Assembly: GCF_963921235.1 (NCBI RefSeq)
Contig: NC_086097.1
Coordinates: 196,728,001 to 196,792,000, forward strand
Reading direction: 5' to 3'
Length of the DNA: 64,000 nt
From: Mobula hypostoma
Lineage: Eukaryota
The translations under genes were made by a program, and so were the position numbers. Of this stretch, positions 47,845-59,010 are shown piece by piece. Every line of letters begins with the position of its first letter. Positions within the stretch are counted from its first letter, which is position 1. Below the pieces are notes generated by a model that had not been told where the DNA came from, did not search any database, and saw only the letters and a program-made list of their open reading frames with translations.

Positions 47845-48408
47845 ATAGTCATAGAATATAGAACATAGAATAGTACAGCACAGTACAGGCCCTTCGGCCC
47901 ACAATGTTGTGCCAACCCTCAAACCCCGCCTCCCATATAAGCCCCCACCTTAAATTCCTCCATATACCTGTCTAGTAGTTTCTTAAACTTCACTAGTGTA
48001 TCTGTCTCCATCACTGACTCAGGCAGTGCATTCCACGCACCAGTCATTCTCTGAGTAAAAAACCTTCCTCTAATATCCCCCTTGAACCTCCCACCCCTAA
48101 CCTTAAAGCCATGTCCTCTTGTATTGAGCAGTGGTGCCCTGGGGAAGAGGTGCTGGCTATCCACTCTATCTATTCCTCTTATTATCTTGTACAACTCTAT
48201 CATGTCTCCTCTCATCCTCCTTCTCTCCAAAGAGTAAAGCCCTAGCTCCCTTAATCTCTGATCATAATGCATACTTTCTAAACCAGGCAGCATCCTGGTA
48301 AATCTCCTCTGTACCCTTTCCAATGCTTCCACATCCTATAGTGAGGCGACCAGAACTGGACACAGTACTCCAAGTGTGGCCTAACAAGAGTTTTATAGAG
48401 CTGCATCA
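47845..48408 (-). mobile_element. CR1 3' fragment
   Basis: ALERVQRRFTRMLPGL...; atagaac tail repeats. Confidence 0.9.
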
Positions 48409-48587
48409 TGTCATGGTCATAGTCATACTTTATTGATCCCGGGGGAAATTGGTTTTCGTTACAGTTGCACCAACCAAGAATAGAGTATAAATAAAGCAAT
48501 ATAAAACCATAAATAATTAAATAGTAATATGTAAATGCCAGGAAATAAGTCCAGGACCAGCCTATTGGCTTATGTAGTCCTGTGTAG

Positions 48588-48623
48588 GTCCTGACGAAGG
48601 GTCTCAGCCTGAAACGTCAACTG
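48588..48623 (+). ncRNA. Minimal type I hammerhead ribozyme motif (best-preserved copy) in a short PLE insert (~48588-48685)
   Basis: gtc-CTGACGA-A-GGGT-ctca-GCCT-GAAAC-GTC-aactg. Catalytic core and GUC triplet are intact; helix I is truncated and mismatched. Confidence 0.7.
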
Positions 48624-50239
48624 TACCTCTTCCTAGAGATGCTGCCTGGCTTGCTGCGTTCACCAGCAACTTTGATGTGTGTTGTCTATAGTCTAGTGTA
48701 GTTTTTGTGTTGTCTTATGTAGTCTAGTGTAGCCTTGTGTTGTCTCACTTAGTCTAGTGTAGTTTTGTGTTGTTTCATGTAGCACCATGGTCCTGGAGGA
48801 ACATTGTTTCATTTTTACTGTGTACTGTTCCAGCAGTTTATGGTCGAAATGACAATAAAAAGCGACTTGACTTGTATTGTGTGCAGTCTGGTCACCACTA
48901 TAGGAAGGATATAATTGAGTTGGAGAAAATGAAAAGATGATTTACTGGAATTTTATATGGATTGGAAGATTTTGATTATGTGGAGAGTTTGGACAGGCTC
49001 TGCTTGTTTTCCCTAGAACAAGGAGGGTGGAGGCTTAACCTAATAGAGGTACATAACATCATAAGAGAAGTAGGTAGGCTGGATGGTCAGAATCTTTTAA
49101 GACCATAAGACCATAAGACAAAGGAGCAGAAGTCAGCCATTCGGCCTATCGAGTCTGCTCCGCCATTTTATCATGAGCTGATCCATTCTCCCATTATAAG
49201 TCACAAAGTTTGTTTCCTGAAAATAAGAGGGCACTGGTTTAAGGTGTGGGAAAGTGTTTAATAGGGATCTGAGGGGATTTTTTTTGAGTGATTGATATCT
49301 GGAACTGCCAAAGAGGTGGTGGAACCAGATACAATCACTGTGTTAAACAGGTATTTCAATAGATGAGGCACAAAAGGATTTGGACAGGTGAATGGGATAG
49401 ATGTTAAGACGGGCCACAAGGACAACATTGAATGTGTTTGGCAAAGGACTCGTTTTAGCATACGATAAAGTACAAGTGCTTCATCTAGGCTTGATGGTTT
49501 CCTGCATGATGACAGGAAGAGGTAAAAGGACAAATATTGCATCCACAGCTTATCTCAAAAGCAACTACATTCCCTTTGGTTCCACTATTCACTTTCCTTT
49601 TGTCTCAAATTCCATCATCTGCAGCCCTTTGTTGTCTGCACTTTTCACTGTCTTCATCCTACCTTCTCCACGTGTCTCCATCTGTTAATGAACCCACCTT
49701 CGACCATTTATTCCCTTCCATTATGTTGCTCAAGATTTTGAACATGTACAGAATCTCGTGGCCACATATCACTTGACAGCTCTTTCCCAGCCCCTCCTTT
49801 CAGCCTTTTTCTGCATATCATCTCTCATTCAATTCAGATGAAACATCTTGACCGACAGATACTTGATTAATCAGGGCATTAAGGGAAAAGGCAGGTGATT
49901 GGGGCTGAGAGGCAAATGGATCAGACTCAATGGGCCAAATGGCTTAATCTGCTCCTATATCTAATGGTGTAAAATGTCGACTATGCATTTCCTTTGTCAA
50001 AATGCATTGATCCTTTAGCAGCTGATTTTTCCCTCTGGATTCCAACATCTGTAGCTTCTTATATCTCCTCTCTGAAATGTCGATTAGCTTCCCGTGGCTT
50101 CTACTACTTTCGCCCTTCGCAAAAAAAAAGAATTCTGGGCGAGTTCTTCACTTTGAGGGGCTAGCCCCAGTTCTGGTTTATTCTGGAAACACAGTTCCCT
50201 GTAATTGTACTTCACAGATATTTTCCATTCAAATCTTCC

Positions 50240-50420
50240 GCCGCCCACAACCAGGCCAACTGCACGCTTCCCCGGCGCCGTCAACTGACGCATGCGCGCT
50301 GTATCAGAAGTGTGCTGAAAATTGACGCGTACGCAGTGTGTTCGGGCCGGGTTTGCGTAATTGGCGCATGCGTCGTGCGTTCGGGCCGGGTTCCTGTGAG
50401 TGTTTGAACAGGAAGGCGGA
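50240..50420 (+). promoter_or_regulatory. ROCK1: CpG-rich promoter of ROCK1 with NRF1-like palindromes, GC box and ETS-like sites
   Basis: acgcatgcgc 50288-50297, gcgcatgcgt 50364-50373, ccgccc ~50242, caggaag ~50409. Lies ~0.8 kb upstream of the ATG. Confidence 0.7.
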
Positions 50421-51152
50421 CATGTTGATCAGGAAAAGAAAGTTGCAACTGACGGCTGCATTTTCAGGAAGGAAAAAAATTGTTCTGCATTTTTGTCGTC
50501 TTTGAGAAAGAACCCGGAGAATTATAATCTTCGTTGCTTTTTGCTTTGAAACAAGTTTAATAATTAATTTAAATGAGCTGCTGGTTTTGTGATCTACGAT
50601 AAGCGATGTACACAGAGGATGTTAAATGCGCGCCGTGCAATACAGTCTGAAGAAACATTTGCAGAAGTTCATTTTCCTGAACTGAAGCTGTCAAGATACC
50701 AGATGTGTTGTTCAGGCCTTATATAACTGGAGGCTGTTACAGGAGCTTGAAAGTGTGATTTCCTGCAAGTTGAACTTTTAAGGCAAAATTGCACATTTCT
50801 ACTGTTTCAATACGTAGATGATGAATGTATATATTATATAGGGTATATTTTTAAGTGCAGATCAGAATACTTTTTGGTAAATAAGTCACTGCCCTCTTAA
50901 GTTTTGAAGAGAAACGGGAAGTCTATTTATTTTTAAATGCGGCAAAAATTCTCAGAAACTTCATGGGAGGTTTTATGGTTCCGAGTGTTGGGGAAAAAAT
51001 GTTGGGTGAAGCAATGTCGTGAAGCGGTTTGCGACGATTGTTAAACCCATCTTTTCGAGGCTTCTGAAGGGACAGGTGTCATATCGGAAGTGCTTATTTT
51101 ATATCAATTTTGTTTACTTTAATTGGAACAAAACTTAAAATATCAGGACACG
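50400..51152 (+). other. ROCK1: Probable long 5' UTR of ROCK1 (TSS not defined)
   Basis: Repeat-free sequence between the promoter and the ATG, containing several upstream ATGs. Confidence 0.45.
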
Positions 51153-51245
51153 ATGTCGTCTGGAGAAAATTTGGAGGCTCGGTTTGAAAAAATTGAATCC
51201 ATGTTAAAGGATCCCAAGTGCGAGGTGAACTGCGAAAGTTTGCTG
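51153..51245 (+). CDS. ROCK1: Rho-associated protein kinase 1, first coding exon (31 codons)
   Basis: MSSGENLEARFEKIESMLKDPKCEVNCESLL followed by phase-0 donor gtaggt. Matches the recalled human N-terminus MSTGDSFETRFEKMDNLLRDPKSEVNSDCLL. Exon 2 is not seen in the window. Confidence 0.92.
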
Positions 51246-52928
51246 GTAGGTGAAGTCTAATGCATTGCTTGTGATACACCAGCTGTCTTGATCGTGTATA
51301 GATGTGAACTTTCAAGTACAGTATCAGACCGAGATTTATAATGGATAGTTTTCAGAAATTTATCATTTTATATTTCTACCAACAGTGATCAGTGAGATTG
51401 TTTACGTTTTAATCTAATCAAATTCCCATTTGAATTTGATTTGTACAGTATTTTGGAATAATTAAGTACTTCTGATAATGTTTTTCTAATAAGGCACCTT
51501 AACCTTTCAAGTTAAAAGTTCACTGTATATTGATTATCAAAGTTGAATTTCGTCGTCTTGCAGGCAGACGCAAAACAATTACAATCGAACCCACTTTAAA
51601 AACATGCAGCAAAGATTGTCAAACACCCAATGTGTGTTTAAAAAAAATCAAATCGTGCAAACAGTAAAAAGGAAATAAGTAACACAGAGCATGAATCGCA
51701 GTGAATGAAGATTTCAAATTATGGAGTTGACAAGCACGGAACTAGTTCAGCGATGCAGCCGGTCCAGGAGGCTGACGGCTGCAGCAACCGAGCCAGTTCA
51801 GCGCTGACCTTTTCTTTATTGCCAACATAGAAAAATTGAGTTGTTGGGTTTTAAAATGAGATCAACTGATTAGAAGTATTCTTATGATCAAGAAGGCGAT
51901 TCAGCTAAAAGTATTGTAATGAGAATTACTGCTTTTTTAAATTTAAAAGGTGCTAGGGTGCTTTTGGATGGAGCAAGGGAGATTGAAAATGTTAATTTCT
52001 ATTTTCTATAATTGTGGTTTGATATACACTAAAATAATTTTCTGGGTGTTATCAAGATGCTTTTTTTCTGGGCAACTACAATGCTTACTGTTGCATGTCC
52101 CATTTTATGGCAATGCCTTGATTTCAAAAGGGTTTTGTCTGCAAAGCATTTTGGGACATTCAAACATAAAATGGAGTGTATAAATGCTCACATTTTCGTT
52201 GTGTGTTTTGGATGGTCTGGAGATCTGCATCTGTAATCCTTTTTAGCCACCATATTGTTTATGCCTGGTTTAGTCTCTGTGTTTGTTCATTGGTTACTGT
52301 CCAGGTGCTGAGAGGGCCTGGTGATGGTGTTTGGTTTTGAGGTTGTCCTTTCTTTTGAAAATGGTAGATTGTGTGGCACGTGCTTTGTGATAATTTTATT
52401 TCATCAAATTAACTCTTAATGTTTTCTGGATCTTGCTGCACTTTATCTTGACACTGATGACACTGTACTTAATTGCAATTCCAAAATAAACCAGATTCAC
52501 TAATGTTCACCAACTCCTTGGGTTCATTCTGAAACCCTGTTGAGGTTTCTCATTTCACCAGTTAGCACTTTGTATATTTGGATAGTCAATCGCTTTAATC
52601 TAATCCCTTCATAATTTGAAATCTTCATTCACTGAGTAATTTCCCCTTTAAGGGGAAAGCATCATCTTGCATATGAAGTAAGAGAAAACTACAGACTAAT
52701 AATGAAAGTTTGCTTTTGGAAAGCATATGTCAGATTCTCTTAATATCCTTTTTTTTCATCAATAGCCTTCATTTCAACATAATGTCACATGAAGTTTTCA
52801 TTAGTGAAATTCCATTGCTCAAATCTATTCCTCAAATAATGAAATAATTTGGCCCTTTTTAGACAATATCTGGAGAATATTCAATGATGGGCTGATATAG
52901 TGAAAATTTTTGTGCCATGCAATAGAAA

Positions 52929-52978
52929 TCTGCTTGGTTATAAAATTTAAAACTCTGCTTGGTTATAAAATTTAAAAC
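52929..52978. repeat. Perfect 25-bp tandem duplication
   Basis: tctgcttggttataaaatttaaaac x2. Confidence 0.95.
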
Positions 52979-53111
52979 TCAACTGAACCACAGTCAACTT
53001 GATTGCTATATGATCTTGAGCACATGGCAACTCTAGCTGTACCCAATTGGAAATAATTGCTTTGTCCTAAGCATCCATCCCACATTTGCTACTGAAAACT
53101 ACCTTGTTTTA

Positions 53112-53978
53112 CATAGAACATAGAGTAGTACAGCACAGTACAGGCCCTTCGGCCCACATTGTTGTGCCGACCCTCAAACCCTGCCTCTCATATAACCCCC
53201 ACCTTAAATTCCTTCATATACCTGTCTAGTAGTCTCTTAAATTTCACCAGTGTATCTGCCTCCACCACTGACTCAGGCAGTGCATTCCACGCACCAACCA
53301 CTCTCTGAGTTTAAAAAAAAACTTCCTCTAATATCCCCCTTGAACTTCCCACCCCTTACCTTAAAGCCATGTCCCCTTGTATTGAGCAGTGGTGCCCTGG
53401 GGAAGAGGCGCTGGCTATCCACTCTATCTATTCCTCTTAATATCTTGTATACTTCTATCAGGTCTCCTCTCATCCTCCTTCTCTCCAAAGAGTAAAGCCC
53501 TAGCTCCCTTAATCTCTGATCATAATCCATACTCTCTAAACCAAGCAACATCCTGGTAAATCTCCTCTGTACCCTTTCCAATGCTTCCACATCCTATAGT
53601 GAGGCGACCAGAACTGGACACAGTACTCCAAGTGTGGCCTAACCAGAGTTTTATAGAGCTGCATCATTACCTTGCGACTCTTAAACTCTATCCCTCGACT
53701 TATGAAAGCTAACACCCCATAAGCTTTATTAACTACCCTGTCTACCTGTGAGGCAACATTCAGGGATCTATGGACATGTACCCCCAGATCCCTCTGCTCC
53801 TCCACACTACCAAGTATCCTGCCATTTACTTTGTACTCTGCCTTGGAGTTTGTCCTTCCAAAGTGTACCACCTCACACTTCTCTGGGTTGAACTCCATCT
53901 GCCACTTCTCAGCCCACTTCTGCGACCTATCAATGTCTCTCTGCAATCTTTGACAATCCTCTACACTATCTACAACAC
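53112..53978 (-). mobile_element. CR1 3' fragment in ROCK1 intron 1, same subfamily as 47845-48408
   Basis: ORFs 53273-53590 and 53536-53946. Confidence 0.9.
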
Positions 53979-55499
53979 CTTTTTTCTCTTGTCAAGTTCT
54001 GTCAAAGAAATTTAACCCTAAAACATTATCACTTTTCATTGATGTTGCTTAATATGTTGACAGTTTTCCAGCATTCTGTCCTAATGGTGTGTTTGCATGG
54101 GATTGTGCATTGAGTATACTCTGATCATTTTGAACCCATGTTTCTCAAATTTTTGCCAGGAAATTGAGTTGCAGCTTGAGAGTGGGCTTGAAGGAAGGAC
54201 CACTGCATCAGTTTTGGATTCATAATTTCTGCAGCTTTCAGTGGGCTTCACTATGCGTGATGTTAGGGCACAAATAACACCACCCAGCTATCTGAATCTG
54301 GAGTGCTTGGTTCCAGCTAGAACTCAACACCTTAAATGTGTGTTTAAAAAATAAATATACACCTTCCCTGAGTTGAATGCTTGTTTGTTGTTTGAATTTT
54401 CTGAGAAAGCATCAGCTCCAACTGAACTATTCACTGTATGTTCTAAATGCCCTTCAGACACATGCTTGACCACGGAGTGCTGTTTCTTGTCTGACAATTT
54501 CCAGCAAGACAAGTCAAAGCATTTTAGATTAGTGTTCAATAGCATTATCACTGGTGAGATTCCTCCATTTCTAACATTGTTTGTTGTAATGATTTAGCAG
54601 AAACTTAATTAGGTAGATCAGGGCAACATCGAAGGTGGATAGGAGTTTCAAAAATCTTAATATTTTATGTAAAATGCACCAGTCTTCGGAGTATGTTGTT
54701 ACATTCAGAGTATAATGTACTGTTTCAGGTCATTGAAGGCGGTGGGAGAGCAATATATTTTTTAAAGAAGCTGGCTCCTCACATCTTTCTTTCAGGATAA
54801 CCTACCAATGTCAAGAACTTCACATTTCATTAGCTGCTTTAATTCTCACCATCAGCTTTGTATTGAAATCTTTCATTGAGTTTCATTCACTTTCTTATGA
54901 GTGGTACAGTTGAATTTGCCTGCAGTAATACCTCAGCATTGCATTTTGCCCCAACACAACTTGCTATAATAATAATAGAAAATGGTGGAAGCTTTCAGCT
55001 GGTCAGACATTCATCTCTTTCTTCAAACATTCTTCTGTCAACCGTCTTCTATATCCTCTAGTTTTTGACATCCTTGCCTATGGAAATAGATTCTGTGAAT
55101 ACCTTTGATTTTAAGTAATTGTATCAATTTCCTTCTCGTATCGTGACTGCTCACCTTCACAACCATTATTCAGTTTTTTGGAGAAAAAGGAAATTCTGGA
55201 GTGACTCAATAGTTCAGGAGCAATCGTTAATTCAGTTTTCCCCCCCATGTTTCTGGTTTCCGATATTTATCAGAATGAACTAGATTTGCAAAGAGGGAAG
55301 GGTTGGACAGAATAAAGGAAACATTTTGCAGCAGGATGAGACCAAGTTTGTGTGGGTAATATAAATGCTGTTGATGCTACCCCAAGAGAGTGATGAATGT
55401 TAATATCATTTGATCTGCCCAGTGAAGTGTAAGTATAAGGACAGGAATGAGGGCAACGTAGCAAAAATGAAACAAAAGTTGGAACCATGACTTGCAGGA

Positions 55500-56040
55500 C
55501 ACAGCAGTTTCTGAAAATTCTGATGATGAGAAATGCTGAAATGCTCATCAGATCAAGTAGCACATGTAGAGAGGGAAAAACTAAGTTGATATTATATGAG
55601 TCCCAATGAAGGATCTTGGCCCAAAACATCAACTATTTACTCTTTTCCATAGATGCTGCCTGGCCTGTTGAGTTCCTCCAGCATTTTATGGGAGCTGCTT
55701 TTGATGTTATATGTGGACAACCTTGTGTTATATCTGGCTAGTTCAAACAGTTTGCTGATTTGTTTATTGATTTCTAATGGCTGCAATGTGTCTAGATAGA
55801 AGATGCAATGCTCTTCTTTGAGCTTGCTTTTGAATGCTATCTCGGCCACAGATACAGGTGAGAGCGAATTAAAATGATAGGCAATAAAAGCTCAGAGCAC
55901 TCAATGGATTGATTGGAGGTGTATTGAAAAGTAGTCAATCAGTTTACATTTTTATCACAACAGAGAGGAGTGCACGTCTGGTGCATTGAATGCAGTTCAT
56001 TAAAGTGCAAATAGTACAAGTGAATTGCTGCTTCAGCATG
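55500..56040. mobile_element. Penelope-like remnants, including an inverted terminal-repeat pair (~55500-55690)
   Basis: Minus translation KLKEEHCIFYLDTLQP; + strand terminal repeat with decayed hammerhead at ~55600-55636. Confidence 0.55.
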
Positions 56041-56317
56041 ACTCCCTACATTAGATGTCATGGGGAAGCACCTTGTGTTATAAGGCAACTGTCATTATTT
56101 TTTTGCAATACTTAACTACATCCTCCCTAGGTAGACCTTTGGGATCACAAGTGACTTACCAGTTTGTGGGTTTCAAGACGGCAATGTGATTAGAGGGCTT
56201 GTGGGATGGAGAGCTACCATAGGTTATAGAAGTCTGAGAAAGACTTCAGTAAAGTCGAGAATTTACGTAGAAAATTAATAAATAATAAGTTAAAATATAA
56301 TATAATATATTATATAA

Positions 56318-56922
56318 TAAGTACAAAAGCAAGGAAATCCTTTTGCATTTGTACAGGGCCTTGGTGAGACCACACCTGGAGTATTGTGTGCAGTTTTGGT
56401 CTCCAGGGTTAAGGGAGGACATCCTGGCTGTGGAGGAGGTAAAGCGTAGGTTCACTAGGTTAATTCCTGGGATGTCCGGACTGTCTTACGCAGAGAGGTT
56501 AGAGAGACTGGGCTTGTACACGCTGGAATTAAGGAGATTGAGGGGGGATCTGATTGAGACATGTAAGATTATTAAGGCATTGGACAAGATAGAGGCAGGA
56601 AATATGTTCCAGATGCTGGGAGAGTCCAGTACCAGAGGGCATGGTTTAAGAATAAGGTGTAGGTCATTTAGGACAGAGTTGAGGAGGAACTTCTCCCAGA
56701 GAATTGTGGTGTGGAACGCGCTGCCTCAGAAGGCAGTGGAGGCCAATTCTCTGGATGCTTTCAAGAAGGAGCTAGATAGGTATCTAATGGATAGGGGAAT
56801 CAAGGGTTATGGGGACAAGGCAGGAAGCAGGTATTGATAGTAGATGATCAGCCATGATCTCAGAATGGCGGTGCAGGCTCGAAGGGCCGATTGGTCTACT
56901 TCTGCACCTATGGTCTATTGTC
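56318..56922 (+). mobile_element. CR1 3' fragment
   Basis: ORF 56343-56837 (LYRALVRPHLEYCVQFWSP...) and 3' UTR. Confidence 0.9.
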
Positions 56923-58599
56923 TATAATATACACTGCATGCCAACTGCTATGTGATTGGGATAGCCGCATCTCCTTAGGGAGTGGCTTACAATGTCTTCA
57001 GACATTTATGTATGGGTATATTTTGCTAAATGTGAAAATGGGACTTTCATTTATAAAGGTTGGGTCTTGCTGATTTAGAAAGCTGAAAACCTTTTAAGAA
57101 TTTCACATTACTTAATGGCTGTGAATGCTCAGTTGATGATTAGACGCAAAATAATATGGGTATAGTACAGGGAAAAGGTATTGAAGTTGTTCTTGCTGTT
57201 GTACTGTTCCGCAAAAAATTGCCACTTATTACCTCGGACTTTACTGATCTTACAGCAGTTCCTTCTCTGTACTTTCTGCCACCATCTGCATGATGCCACT
57301 AAGTTTGCATTTCTCACCTCTCCTGCAGAGTCATAATGGATCTATTCAATCAGAATTAGGTTTAATATTGCTGACAATGTCCTGAAATTTATTGTTTTGT
57401 GGCAGCAGTACGTTGCAATGCATAATAAAAAACTATCAATTACATTAAGAAATATGTATATGTACAAAAAAGAGCTAAACAAAGTGAGTTTGTGTTGGTG
57501 GTTCATTTTCCATTCAATGGCAGTAGGGGAGAAGCTCTTCTTGAAAAGTGATGCTCTGGTTCACTCTTGCATTTATGATGGCACCCACTTCAGTTCTCTT
57601 GGCATCTTTTCGTACAATTGTACAAGATGCAGATCTGACCTTTCAGCACCCCCCCCCCGCACCTTCACACATACTTAATTCATGCACTCTTTCCACATGA
57701 AGTAGCAATTGTGCTATGTCCAATGTTCTGTTCTCCATTCTATAGAATGGATGTGGTCATCCCCCTGTTTTGAAAACCAAATCTAGGTTAGAAATTGCTT
57801 TGCAGAATTCCATTGTGTAGTCTTCAAAGATGTGATCATGACCATCCTTTTGCTTGCCACACTAATTCTTATCTTGCTCCCACTCTGACTTCTGTCTTTT
57901 GGCTCCTGCATTAAATTTGTTTTGTTCTTCATTGGAACCAAAAACCAGCACCCACATGTACCACCTAAGTATTTTGTAATCCTTGGATCTTAGCTTTGAG
58001 GTCAATATTTTTGTCAGGGTGTAGCAGAGTTGGCCGGTACTGGTTATCACTGTGCTGTTAACTGGTTTATTTCTTTATAGATGCTACTGGACTTGCTGGC
58101 TATTTCCAGCATTCTGCTTATTTCACATTTTCAGCTTTAGGCAGTGTTTTTCAGTTTTATTTCAATTCCAGTGTTACTTTCTATCTCTTTCCCCCCCCCC
58201 AACACAACACTTCTGTTTTTATTCATTTCCTCATATTGATATCCTCTTGAGACATTATCTACAGTTTACAGGCCATCACTACCTTTTCTCAGCTGGCATG
58301 GGCCCCATTTGTGCCATTCAGTCTTCTCTGGTTTCCATCTTGTCACAACCATTCCCCTTGTTCTCCCCATTTCTCCCCTTCACTAGAACTTAAAATTTAA
58401 TTTCTAAAGTTTCTTAATTCTGAAGAAAGGCTTTTAATTTGAGACTCTAAACTTCATTTCTTAATTCACAGATGCTACTTAACCTACTGAATCTTTACAG
58501 TGTTTTCCTGTGATCCATTTAGGAATTTTATTTTTTATATAGGAAACTAGGCAGACTAGGCAAGCAATTACAAAGTCAGTATCTGATTTTTTTTTAAAT

Positions 58600-58687
58600 T
58601 CTCTCCAGTCCTCATGAAGGGTCTAGGCCCAAAATGTCAATCATATTGTTTTCCATAGATGCTGCCTGACCTGCTGAGTTCCTCCAG

Positions 58688-58736
<49 letters not shown>

Positions 58737-59010
58737 GGTGCTGCTTGGATTTCCAGTGTCTGCAGATTTTCTCTTGTTTGTTCATTCTATTATTTCAACA
58801 TCCCACAGGCTTTCTCTCTCACTAACAAGGGAGGGACAGATATCACTCTTTCCACAGCGGCAGGGGACATAACAGTTGCTACTTCAATGTTAGACAGTTT
58901 GAAGCATTGCTTTTTATTTCAAGTTCCCTGACTCAAGAATCAGCAGATTGATTACCAAACACAGAGCCCTCTGATAGCCACATTCACTGTTTTCCATGTT
59001 CCATCTCCTA
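58600..59010 (+). repeat. Composite duplicated module, copy B, left part (PLE terminal repeat plus unassigned segment)
   Basis: Colinear with ~29021-29068 + 31979-32287. Confidence 0.88.
58693..58734. repeat. (TG)21 microsatellite
   Basis: Direct reading. Confidence 0.95.

Larger units (their letters stand above)
47535..48875 (+). mobile_element. Rex1/Babar 3' end whose UTR holds nested CR1, Rex-tail and PLE inserts and a 3x ~30-bp tandem repeat (48689-48782)
   Basis: HPSYKLFSLLPSGKRYRS; tail aataaaaagcgacttgacttg. Confidence 0.75.

Noticed and set aside
48689..48782. Three ~30-bp repeats resembling a CRISPR array
   Set aside because: Head-to-tail tandem units without unique spacers, inside a LINE 3' UTR in eukaryotic DNA.
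52205..52235. gatggtctgga as a possible ROCK1 exon 2 start (DGL...)
   Set aside because: No AG acceptor, and the downstream translation does not continue as DALVYDLDF.
56270..56318. AT-only run at the 5' junction of a CR1
   Set aside because: Low-complexity filler with no interpretable structure.
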